A stretch of DNA of 64,000 nucleotides, taken from NCBI GenBank assembly GCA_014055495.1, contig WIAG01000012.1, positions 706 to 64,705 of the forward strand, in the 5' to 3' direction. Below, piece after piece: positions 38,811 through 46,746 of this stretch. The translations under genes and the position numbers were made by a program. Every line of letters begins with the position of its first letter. The stretch's first letter is position 1. The notes below the pieces were generated by a model. It worked only from the letters and a program-made list of their open reading frames with translations. It made no database searches and was not told where the DNA came from. The stretch comes from Nitrospira sp. CR1.2. Lineage in GTDB: Bacteria > Nitrospirota > Nitrospiria > Nitrospirales > Nitrospiraceae.

Positions 38811-39443
38811 ATGAGGATGTTGCCCGTCGCCGGCCTACTGACGTTCGTGTTGCTCGCCGCTTGCGCGACCCCGCCGGAAGTCAAACAGGCACTTGCCGCC
38901 AAAGATCAGGCGTATGCCGAGAACACACGGCTCATGCAGCAGTATCGTGAGCTGGTGAGTAATATCACCACACGGCACCTGCAGTGGTATCGATTCGTTC
39001 AGACGCGCCTGAAACTGAACTTGGCCCTTCAATGGGCGACCACCGATCCTCGATTGGTGGATGTCCCGGAAGCCGCCATGGCCGAAGACGATGCCGCCCA
39101 ACTCGGTCCCGACGTGCTACGGGTCATCAATCTGATCCGCCTGCAGTCTCTCCCCGAGCGCAAAGGGCAGAACGGCCAGGCCCTGTTTGTGGCCGGGACC
39201 GGGGACATGAGCAACCTTGTCCAGCAGCTGCCTGAATTAATCGCTCGGATCGAGCAGCGGGTTGCGGCCGATGCCAAAGCGCCTCAGGCCGTGGATCTGA
39301 CCGCGTTCGACCATTATCGAAACAATGTCGACGCCCTCCGCCGCATCAACGGCCTGATCAAGCAGTACCTGGATATCGACGTCACGCTCAACCAAACCGA
39401 GACGCAATCCCTGGCGGACGCGGTGCGGACGGTGCGCCGATGA
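38811..39443 (+). CDS. hypothetical alpha-helical lipoprotein (cluster gene 1)
   Basis: MRMLPVAGLLTFVLLAAC lipobox. GGAGG lies upstream. No recognisable domain. Confidence 0.6.
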   Translation: MRMLPVAGLLTFVLLAACATPPEVKQALAAKDQAYAENTRLMQQYRELVSNITTRHLQWYRFVQTRLKLNLALQWATTDPRLVDVPEAAMAEDDAAQLGPDVLRVINLIRLQSLPERKGQNGQALFVAGTGDMSNLVQQLPELIARIEQRVAADAKAPQAVDLTAFDHYRNNVDALRRINGLIKQYLDIDVTLNQTETQSLADAVRTVRR

Positions 39444-39478
39444 CATACCTCGAGACTGCTCACAGGAAGGAGTCCTCC

Positions 39479-40189
39479 ATGGTCGGCCGAGGCATGCTGC
39501 GGCTCTCCCTCGCTCTGTCGTTGCTCCTGGCGACCGGCTGCCACTCGATTCACAGCAGTTCGGTCCGGGACCTCGTTCAGGTGGAAGGTACCAAGATCGA
39601 CGCCGCGCAAACGAATATCGATCTCTTTCAGAAGGAAACCGAGGCGCGCATCAAAAACCTCGAACAGGCCCGCGCGGAACTCCACGAGGCGTTCAAGTCT
39701 CTCCACATGCAGGAAACGAAACATCGTTTTACCCTGGCGGCTTTCCGGAACCTGACGAACAGGAAGGGAGACGCCGCCTATGCGGCCGCGTACCTCACCG
39801 GCCTCATTTACATGGAAGATGTACGCGGACTTGAGAAAGCGGTCTGGGATCAATTTGAGCAAGACTTCTGCGGCCTGCGCGACACGGCCAACGCCCTCAA
39901 TGACTCGTGGAAACATACCGCCACGCTCCATGCCCAGATCCATCGCTTTGCCCAGAAATCGGCGCTGGCCTCCGTCGATCCGGAATTCGTCACGGCTATC
40001 CTCAACCAAGCGCCGAATCGGTCTGAGCAGATCATGGACGTGGTGAACCATTCCCGCACGGTGAACGACGCCTTGGAGGAGGTCGTGGGGGCGCGAATCC
40101 TGGGCATCGGAGGATTGGATCGCGCCCAACGGTACACGGCCGACCTGGTGGAATTGCTCGACCGACTCAAGCAGGATGACGGACAGTAA
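39479..40189 (+). CDS. hypothetical alpha-helical lipoprotein (cluster gene 2)
   Basis: MVGRGMLRLSLALSLLLATGC lipobox. GGAAGGAG lies 7 nt upstream of ATG 39479. An alternative ATGA-overlap start is at 39440. Confidence 0.6.
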   Translation: MVGRGMLRLSLALSLLLATGCHSIHSSSVRDLVQVEGTKIDAAQTNIDLFQKETEARIKNLEQARAELHEAFKSLHMQETKHRFTLAAFRNLTNRKGDAAYAAAYLTGLIYMEDVRGLEKAVWDQFEQDFCGLRDTANALNDSWKHTATLHAQIHRFAQKSALASVDPEFVTAILNQAPNRSEQIMDVVNHSRTVNDALEEVVGARILGIGGLDRAQRYTADLVELLDRLKQDDGQ

Positions 40190-40200
40190 CGGAGGGCGCT

Positions 40201-40722
40201 ATGAACCGCAGCTTCGAGGGAGTGGTCACCTTCCTCCGCGACAACGATAGTTTACTGAAACAGCTGATGGAGACGGCTGAGACCGCGACCCACGAGATCG
40301 GACAACTGGCTACCCGCGTCGACCAGGCGCGGGATGAGGCCCACGTGTTGATCGACCAACTCGGCACGGTGGAGTTCAGCGTCGGCCGGCAGGATGAGAC
40401 CAAGGTGAAACAAACCGCCCTCTTGGAGGCTGTCGCCGCATTACGGAAGAAGTTCGAAACCTATAAGAACGACCCGTTGCGACGCGGCATCTACGCGGCG
40501 GAAATTTCGAATCTCTACCTGCAATTGGCCAACACGTTCAACAACGACACCGTCTCTCAACTCGTCCCCTTCGCTCAGGACGAGATCGAGGGATACAAGG
40601 ACTTGATGAGAAAGGCTATCTTGGACGCCGAATCCCGGCAACGGCGCGCCGCCGTGCTCAAGGCCGGAGTTCAGATTTCGAGGATGGCACTGGGATTGGC
40701 CGGCAAATTGGCGATGGCCTAA
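40201..40722 (+). CDS. hypothetical helical protein with hydrophobic C-terminal tail (cluster gene 3)
   Basis: 173 aa with no signal peptide and coiled-coil-like composition. C-terminal ISRMALGLAGKLAMA. Tightly spaced with its neighbours. Confidence 0.5.
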   Translation: MNRSFEGVVTFLRDNDSLLKQLMETAETATHEIGQLATRVDQARDEAHVLIDQLGTVEFSVGRQDETKVKQTALLEAVAALRKKFETYKNDPLRRGIYAAEISNLYLQLANTFNNDTVSQLVPFAQDEIEGYKDLMRKAILDAESRQRRAAVLKAGVQISRMALGLAGKLAMA

Positions 40723-40742
40723 CAGAGAGCGCCCTACCCGTG

Positions 40743-41510
40743 ATGTGGAAAACGGTCGGAATCATCGTCAGCCTCTTCTGTGCCGGCTGTAGCCTCGACG
40801 CATCGTCGCGCGGCCCGTTCGGGCCTGAAGATCCGGAGACGGCCATTCCGAAACGTCCTCTGCCCGCGCAGGTCCCGCTGAGGCATGTGCTGGAATTCAC
40901 GGCCGATGAGTCTCCCGAACACGTGAAACCCACAATGGCCGGAACCATCACGGATGCCTCCGTGAGTCGATCGCCCAGCCCCGGTAGGCAGTTGTCGGCA
41001 ACCGACATTGCTTCACTGCGGAAGGCCGCTGAAGCCGACCCCCGTGTCAGCAGCCTGTTGGGCGCGCGATGGGGATTTATCGATGCGGATCCTACGCCCC
41101 CCAAGAGCAAGGTGTCGTTCGGGTGCTGTCGGGCAAGCGCACGATTCGCCAGACTCACCTACTTTAGCTATAGCCATAACGTCGCGGTCGACGTACGCAT
41201 GAAGGACGGCTCCGTCCTGGAGGCCGTTCGAGTCGAAGGGTATCTGCCGCCGGAGGGACCGCAGGATGTGGCGCGAGGCATCGAACTGGCGCGCGGCGAC
41301 CAGCGCCTCTCCGGCAAGGTGCAGGACATGCGTGGTCATGGGCTGTTGATGCAACCGGATCGCGGGTTCTTCAGAAATGATCCGGGCTATGGGCATCGCG
41401 TGATTTGGATTACCTTCTCGCAGGGTGTGGGAGGAGACCCCAAGTACTGGGCACAGGTCGACCTCACGGAGGACCGTGTCCTGGACGCGGGCGAAGAGCC
41501 GCCTCGTTAA
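40743..41510 (+). CDS. lipoprotein resembling copper amine oxidase N-terminal (N2/N3-type) domain (cluster gene 4)
   Basis: MWKTVGIIVSLFCAGC lipobox-like. ARLTYFSYSHNVAVDVRMKDGSVLEAVRVEGYLPPEGPQDVARGIELARGD...HRVIWITFS has the beta-alpha pattern I associate with CuAO N-domains. The domain call is tentative. Confidence 0.5.
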   Translation: MWKTVGIIVSLFCAGCSLDASSRGPFGPEDPETAIPKRPLPAQVPLRHVLEFTADESPEHVKPTMAGTITDASVSRSPSPGRQLSATDIASLRKAAEADPRVSSLLGARWGFIDADPTPPKSKVSFGCCRASARFARLTYFSYSHNVAVDVRMKDGSVLEAVRVEGYLPPEGPQDVARGIELARGDQRLSGKVQDMRGHGLLMQPDRGFFRNDPGYGHRVIWITFSQGVGGDPKYWAQVDLTEDRVLDAGEEPPR

Positions 41511-41617
41511 CGAGCTGTCCATGCAGGGGCGAAACCGGGCGACCGGCGAGGACACAAGGGTTGGAGCTGTCACCACTGGCCGCCCTGCGGCACCGCCGCC
41601 CGGCGAAGGGGGAAGGG

Positions 41618-42613
41618 ATGAAACAAGCGCTGATGAAAGCTGTGCTGACCGGCGCCCTGCTGTGGTGTAGCCTACTGGCGTTGCCGATTCCGAGTGCCGC
41701 CGACTCCTCCGCCGAGCATATGACGTGGGGGCGCTGGAGCTTCGACTATGAAGTCCGGGACAATACCGGCCTGGCCCTCCGGAACGTGACCTATGACGGA
41801 GAACTCGTTCTCGGCAAAGCCAGCATGCCGGTCCTGCGTGTCAAATACGTGAAAGAACGCATCTGGTGGAATCCCTTCACATGGTTTGGATCCCGCGCCG
41901 ACAGCGGCCGCTGCGGCCCCTTCCAAGATCGACTGCGCTGGCAGGATCTGGTGCCGATCGTGAATTGCGGCAACAACAAGGTCTGCGTCGAGAGCTCGAC
42001 GTTGCAGGGCACGAAATGGCTGGAACTGGGTATCTATGCCCGGATCGGGGAGTACCACATTTACCAATCCTGGCACCTCTCCGACGACGGCGAGCTCCGC
42101 CCGGTCGTCCAAAGCCGGGGGCTCTCTTGCAATACCGATCACATTCACCACCCGTACTGGCGTTTCGACTTCGACATCGACGGCAACGGAATGGACCAGG
42201 TCTTTGTGCATGACGACGGCGGTAGCGACCATGGCTGGGGTCCCGGGTGGAAGAAGTATACGAACGAGCGCAATGATGTAAAGGTAGCCGCCACCCATCG
42301 CACCTGGTTCGTTCGCGACCAGCTGACCGGCCACGGCGTCTGGCTCCTCCCGGGGAACGGGTATGCACCGCTCAAAGACGACGGGGAACGGGATGCCTTC
42401 GCCGATCACGATGTGGCCATCCGGCGCGCGGATCCCGACGAAGACCTTCCTTGGGTCTTCGGAGCACGCGGACAACTGGGATACGACGAAGACAACCAGA
42501 GCGTCCAGGAACAGGATGTCGTGGTGTGGTACGTCGCGCATCTTCCCCACATGGCCGCGCTGGGTCCGACCAAATGGCTTACCTTGGGCCCGACCTTAAA
42601 AATTCAACGCTGA
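41618..42613 (+). CDS. secreted copper amine oxidase catalytic-domain-like protein, short form, non-canonical cofactor motif (cluster gene 5)
   Basis: Signal peptide MKQALMKAVLTGALLWCSLLALPIPSAA. WGRWSFDYEVRDNTGLALRNVTYDG, IGEYHIYQSWHLSDDGEL (cf. CuAO IGNYDY..W...DG), DHIHHPYWRFDFDIDG (cf. HQH...RLD..VDG) and DVVVWYVAHLPH (cf. D.VVW...G..H). GGGGAAGGG RBS before ATG 41618. Confidence 0.7.
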   Translation: MKQALMKAVLTGALLWCSLLALPIPSAADSSAEHMTWGRWSFDYEVRDNTGLALRNVTYDGELVLGKASMPVLRVKYVKERIWWNPFTWFGSRADSGRCGPFQDRLRWQDLVPIVNCGNNKVCVESSTLQGTKWLELGIYARIGEYHIYQSWHLSDDGELRPVVQSRGLSCNTDHIHHPYWRFDFDIDGNGMDQVFVHDDGGSDHGWGPGWKKYTNERNDVKVAATHRTWFVRDQLTGHGVWLLPGNGYAPLKDDGERDAFADHDVAIRRADPDEDLPWVFGARGQLGYDEDNQSVQEQDVVVWYVAHLPHMAALGPTKWLTLGPTLKIQR

Positions 42614-42866
42614 TCGGCAAGCTCCCGGCCCTACTCCCCCTTCCTTTCCGGCTCTCGGACACGTCCTCTTCCCCGTTGCGGTTCATACCTTAGGCACTCT
42701 ATACTAGGTGCAGGTTGCCCTAGATCCTGCTCGTTCGGTAACGGTACAATCAGCCGTTTCCACAATGATACAGTTGCCTCAACATGAACCAGGTCCGAAC
42801 TTCTGAGCACGACGGTCGCCGGCCGATGGCCGCGCCGCCGGGGCGCTCGCGGCGGAGAGCGTTGCC

Positions 42867-43664
42867 ATGAATCAGCCTGGGTTATCCGCAAAGGAATTCC
42901 AACGACTCGGCGAAATTATGTACAACGCCCGCTCCGTCAATCGAAGCGACGGCGTGTGGAAACTGGTCTCAGCGATCCAACAAGTCGTTCCCTATGAATT
43001 TTCGGGATGCGGGGGAGTGGACCTTCTCCGCGGAATCGATCCCGCGCTCGGACATTCCACCTACCCGAGGGAATTCTGCCAACTCTACATGGGGCAGGGC
43101 TTGGCGGCAGATCCCGCCATCACCCGGCTGATCACGTCCGGCCACTCCGTCACCTCCAGCGCCGACGCGCCAGCCGCGTCCGAGCCGAAAGAGGTCACGT
43201 CGCTCAAACTGGATTTCGGTATCAAAACCTGCTTGTCGGCCGGTGTACGCGGAGAGCAGGGCACCTGTTCCTATTTTGCCTTCAGCAATTTCAACACGAA
43301 ACACACCGAAAAACTCCGCCTTCTGCTCGATATCCTGACCCCGCATTTCCACTTAAGTTATATGCGATGCGCGTCGACCTGGAAACCGGAGCGACCGGCG
43401 CAACCGGCCGTCCTGTTGAGCAAACGGGAAGAAGAGATTCTCCGTTGGGTCGCGGCCGGCAAGACCAATTGGGAAATTTCCGTCATCCTCAAGGTCAGTC
43501 TGAATACGGTGAAGTTTCACCTCAAGAATATTTTCCAGAAAATCGGAGTTGAAAACCGGTGGAGCGCCATCGCCTACTGGCAAACCGGTGAACAACACCG
43601 AGTCATCGCCCCCTCAGCTCCTAGTGACGATCGTCTACCTTCCGCTTCCAACAGCGCAGAATAA
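42867..43664 (+). CDS. LuxR-family transcriptional regulator with autoinducer-binding-domain-like N-terminus
   Basis: C-terminal GerE/LuxR HTH LSKREEEILRWVAAGKTNWEISVILKVSLNTVKFHLKNIFQKIGVENR. N-terminal EFCQLYMGQGLAADPAI...DFGIKTCLSAGVRGEQGTCSYFAFS resembles the AHL-receptor fold. Confidence 0.8.
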   Translation: MNQPGLSAKEFQRLGEIMYNARSVNRSDGVWKLVSAIQQVVPYEFSGCGGVDLLRGIDPALGHSTYPREFCQLYMGQGLAADPAITRLITSGHSVTSSADAPAASEPKEVTSLKLDFGIKTCLSAGVRGEQGTCSYFAFSNFNTKHTEKLRLLLDILTPHFHLSYMRCASTWKPERPAQPAVLLSKREEEILRWVAAGKTNWEISVILKVSLNTVKFHLKNIFQKIGVENRWSAIAYWQTGEQHRVIAPSAPSDDRLPSASNSAE

Positions 43665-43882
43665 GCCGTACGTCGCCCGTCGTATCGAACACCGCTTCCG
43701 TTTTCACAGGATTTGTCCGGCCCGCTCCCCCGCCTACCCCGATGGGTAGGTGACTCCGATCGACACCTCTCGTAGATTCTAGCCAGATAACAGGACGCCT
43801 TTCCCGGCGTCCCAGAACCACCGCTACTTAGATGACCGGGATAGGGCCAAATAGCCCTAGGACAACCGGAAGGAGAGGCCCT

Positions 43883-45154
43883 ATGAAGCAGCTCGCTACA
43901 CAGTCTGCAGCAATGGACGCCACATTCACTCTGCTGGACCTCCTGCAACAGCGCAAGACCCGTCGATTCGGGCGCGGCATGACGCTGCCCGGCGGCCCCC
44001 TCCAATACACGAGCCACCATGAACCGGTTCCGCTGAGCCGAGAGGAAGAGCGGTACCTCATTTATGCGGCGATCGGACGATCGGGACGGAATCTCGGCGA
44101 TATGCACTTCGTCGGGCGTCCCGGGTCGAGCGAGGGCCAGGGTAACGCGCTGATGAATTTCCGGAGCCGCACCGTTCCCAGCCCCTGCTCCGCACACACG
44201 ACGCAATTGTTCTACACCAACGACGACGGAGTGTTTTTCGTCGCCGACGCAGCCGGGCCGGACCATCCCTGGGACCTCGACATTGTCCAGCTCCGATCAT
44301 CCCGGCTGGAAATCCCCCGTGAAGTCCCCTTCATGCTGCCGTTCAACCAGTGGTATACGAATCGACCCGGCACCACGCTCTTCTTCCCCGTGACCAATAT
44401 CACGCTGCTGTATCTGAATCTGCTCCTGATGATGTTCAGCGAGGAGACGGGCTACTTCATCGTCGATACCGATAACGGCAACGCCGCCTGTGGACTGGAC
44501 GCCTTTCGCAAGAGCGCCGGTGGACACCTTCATGACGACATCCGGGCGCGCCGGATGTTCAGCTTGCGCGAACTCGACGCCGCGATTTGCGAAACCGCGA
44601 TTCAAGAACAGGGCATCATCTGCGAGCACCTCTCGCTGATGCAGCAGGCCCTGGGGCTCGGCGGCGGAATCCAAAGCGTAGGGAGCGGCCGCCACCTCCT
44701 GGGTCTGGAACCGCACATCTATCCGGGGCTGGGGTTCCACTTCGTCGTCCCGCCCGGTAAGCCGATGCGGGCCAATCCGGTCGGGATTCCAGGGGTGTGG
44801 GAAGGGCCGACCCCGCCCTTCGTCTCCTCGATGAAGGAAGCCGTGACTCAGCTGGTGGCCAGCAAATTCGGCCCCGACGGCACGTTCCGGAAACCTCATG
44901 AGCAGACTTGGGTCAAACCCGGGACGACACAACAGGTGCCCGAACATTCCACACAGGCCATCGAGGCGACCATCGCCTTTACCGAATACGTCCTGGACAC
45001 CTACGGTCGGTTCCCGGCGCACGCCGACGCCTGCAGGTCCGTCGTCGCGTGCCAAACCCATCACCTCGATGAAGATTTTTACGCGACATTCTATCCCGAC
45101 TCCGCCTTGCCGGACGCGCACCGCGAACACATGCGCACGTGGCATTCGCATTGA
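43883..45154 (+). CDS. SagB-type/nitroreductase-superfamily-like protein (function unknown)
   Basis: LLDLLQQRKTRRFGRG (cf. RRS.R.F), FRSRTVPSPCSAHTTQLFY (cf. R..PSAGG.YP.E.Y) and CEHLSLMQQALGLGGGIQSVG. GGAAGGAGAGG RBS before ATG 43883. Confidence 0.5.
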   Translation: MKQLATQSAAMDATFTLLDLLQQRKTRRFGRGMTLPGGPLQYTSHHEPVPLSREEERYLIYAAIGRSGRNLGDMHFVGRPGSSEGQGNALMNFRSRTVPSPCSAHTTQLFYTNDDGVFFVADAAGPDHPWDLDIVQLRSSRLEIPREVPFMLPFNQWYTNRPGTTLFFPVTNITLLYLNLLLMMFSEETGYFIVDTDNGNAACGLDAFRKSAGGHLHDDIRARRMFSLRELDAAICETAIQEQGIICEHLSLMQQALGLGGGIQSVGSGRHLLGLEPHIYPGLGFHFVVPPGKPMRANPVGIPGVWEGPTPPFVSSMKEAVTQLVASKFGPDGTFRKPHEQTWVKPGTTQQVPEHSTQAIEATIAFTEYVLDTYGRFPAHADACRSVVACQTHHLDEDFYATFYPDSALPDAHREHMRTWHSH

Positions 45155-45195
45155 CGACATACATTTTCACGCTCTTACGAGCAGAGGAGGGCACC

Positions 45196-46521
45196 ATGAC
45201 ACCACAGACCTCTCGTCGAGTCGTCATCACCGGTATGGGAGTGATTTCCCCGTTGGGCAGCACCGTCGACCTTTTTTGGCATCTCTTGAGTCGGGGAGAA
45301 AGCGCGGTCAAGCCGATCACGTTGTTCGATACGTCTCCCTTTCAGGCCTGCCTTGCGGCTGAGGTACGAGACTTCGATCCCGAGGACTTTTTGCATCGCA
45401 AACAGGCCCGCCGCATGGGACGCGCGACGCAGTTCGCCGTCGCCTCCGCCATGATGGCGGCGCGCGACTCCGGCCTCGACCTGGAACAGGAAGATCGCGG
45501 CGCCATCGGCATCAGCATCGGTACCTCCATCGGCGGCATGAAGGAAGCGTTCGAATTCCACGACGCCGCTCGGCTGACCGCCTACGAGCGGGTCAATCCC
45601 TTTACCATGGGCATGACCTTTCCGAATGCGATTTCCTCGGAAATCGCCATCGTCCTGGGGCTACACGGGCCCTGCGAGACGTACTCCATCGGATGCTCCT
45701 CAACGGCAAACGCCATCGGGCGGGCCTATGAATGGATCAAGTCGGGGCAATCGTCGCTGGTCGTGGCAGGCGGAACCGAAGCCCCCCTGCATCCGAGCGT
45801 CTACGCCGCCATGAACGCCGGGCGGGCCCTGGCACCGGATGAACGCGGGACGATTCGAAACCTTCCCCGCCCCTTCGACAAGACCCGATGCGGCATGGTG
45901 CTGGGCGAAGGAGCCGGCTGTTTTATCCTGGAAGACTACGAGCATGCCCGCGCCCGGGGCGCCAGGATGTACGCCGAACTTGAAGGTTGGGGGTTCACCT
46001 GCGATGCCCATTCGATGGTCAAAGCCGCAGCCACGGGACAAGAGCAGCAACGGGCCGCCCAGCTGGCGCTCTCGACAGCCCACTGGTTTCCGGAAGAGGT
46101 CGACTATGTGAACGCCTGCGGGCTCGGCACGATGGAATTGGACGCGATCGAGACCCAGACGGTGAAGCAGGTCCTGGGCGACCATGCCTATCGAGTACCG
46201 GTCAGTTCGTTCAAAGCGGCCCTCGGCCATGCCTTCGCTGCCAGCGGAGCCTTCCAACTCATCGGGACCGCCAAGGCCATGGAACACCAATTCATCCCCC
46301 CCACCCTCAATTTGACCACCCCGGATCCGAGCTGCGATCTGGACTATGTCTCAGGAAGCGGGCGCGCGGCGCACCTGAATCGCGCGCTGATCAACAGCTT
46401 TGGGTTCGGGGGGAAAAATATCGTCCTGGCGCTGTCACGCGTGAACGTCGGCATAGGCGAGACCCGGTCGACAAGAGCCACGCCGGGATACAGCATGCCC
46501 CAGCTGGCAGGAGTGTCGTGA
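45196..46521 (+). CDS. beta-ketoacyl-ACP synthase II-like condensing enzyme (stand-alone)
   Basis: RRVVITGMGVISPLG. Active-site Cys in YSIGCSSTANA (TGC 45694-45696), His in CDAHSM and KAALGHAFAASG, C-terminal NSFGFGGKN. GAGGAGG RBS. Confidence 0.85.
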   Translation: MTPQTSRRVVITGMGVISPLGSTVDLFWHLLSRGESAVKPITLFDTSPFQACLAAEVRDFDPEDFLHRKQARRMGRATQFAVASAMMAARDSGLDLEQEDRGAIGISIGTSIGGMKEAFEFHDAARLTAYERVNPFTMGMTFPNAISSEIAIVLGLHGPCETYSIGCSSTANAIGRAYEWIKSGQSSLVVAGGTEAPLHPSVYAAMNAGRALAPDERGTIRNLPRPFDKTRCGMVLGEGAGCFILEDYEHARARGARMYAELEGWGFTCDAHSMVKAAATGQEQQRAAQLALSTAHWFPEEVDYVNACGLGTMELDAIETQTVKQVLGDHAYRVPVSSFKAALGHAFAASGAFQLIGTAKAMEHQFIPPTLNLTTPDPSCDLDYVSGSGRAAHLNRALINSFGFGGKNIVLALSRVNVGIGETRSTRATPGYSMPQLAGVS

Positions 46522-46746
46522 CACCATCATGGATGACCGGTCTCACAGGACCATGGGCATGACCAACCGGTCGACCGACGCGGCTTCGCCCCTCCTGGGC
46601 GGGGCCGCGTCCGGGCGGTCCGGTCGCGGGCGCATCGCGACGCAACCAGGGGGAAGACTGGTCATCCTGCGCCGCGTCATCATTATCGAAGGCGACCCGG
46701 TACATCGCCACAGACAGAGACCACGACGGTAAGGCATCCATCCACA

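Noticed and set aside
41405-41617. N-terminal extensions of track ORFs. Examples: 41405 vs 41618, 33796 vs 33925, 34407 vs 34614, 19373 vs 19496, 18807 vs 18873, 52168 vs 52327, 56061 vs 56196, 9619 vs 9469, 10153 vs 10006, 62393 vs 62171, 3388 vs 3361.
   Set aside because: The extensions overlap upstream genes or repeats, are Arg/Pro-rich, and precede internal ATGs. Those ATGs have good Shine-Dalgarno sequences and are followed directly by signal peptides or conserved N-termini.
42867-46521. Canonical AHL quorum-sensing locus.
   Set aside because: No LuxI-type synthase ORF is present within the locus or elsewhere in the window. Only the non-canonical hypothesis was retained.
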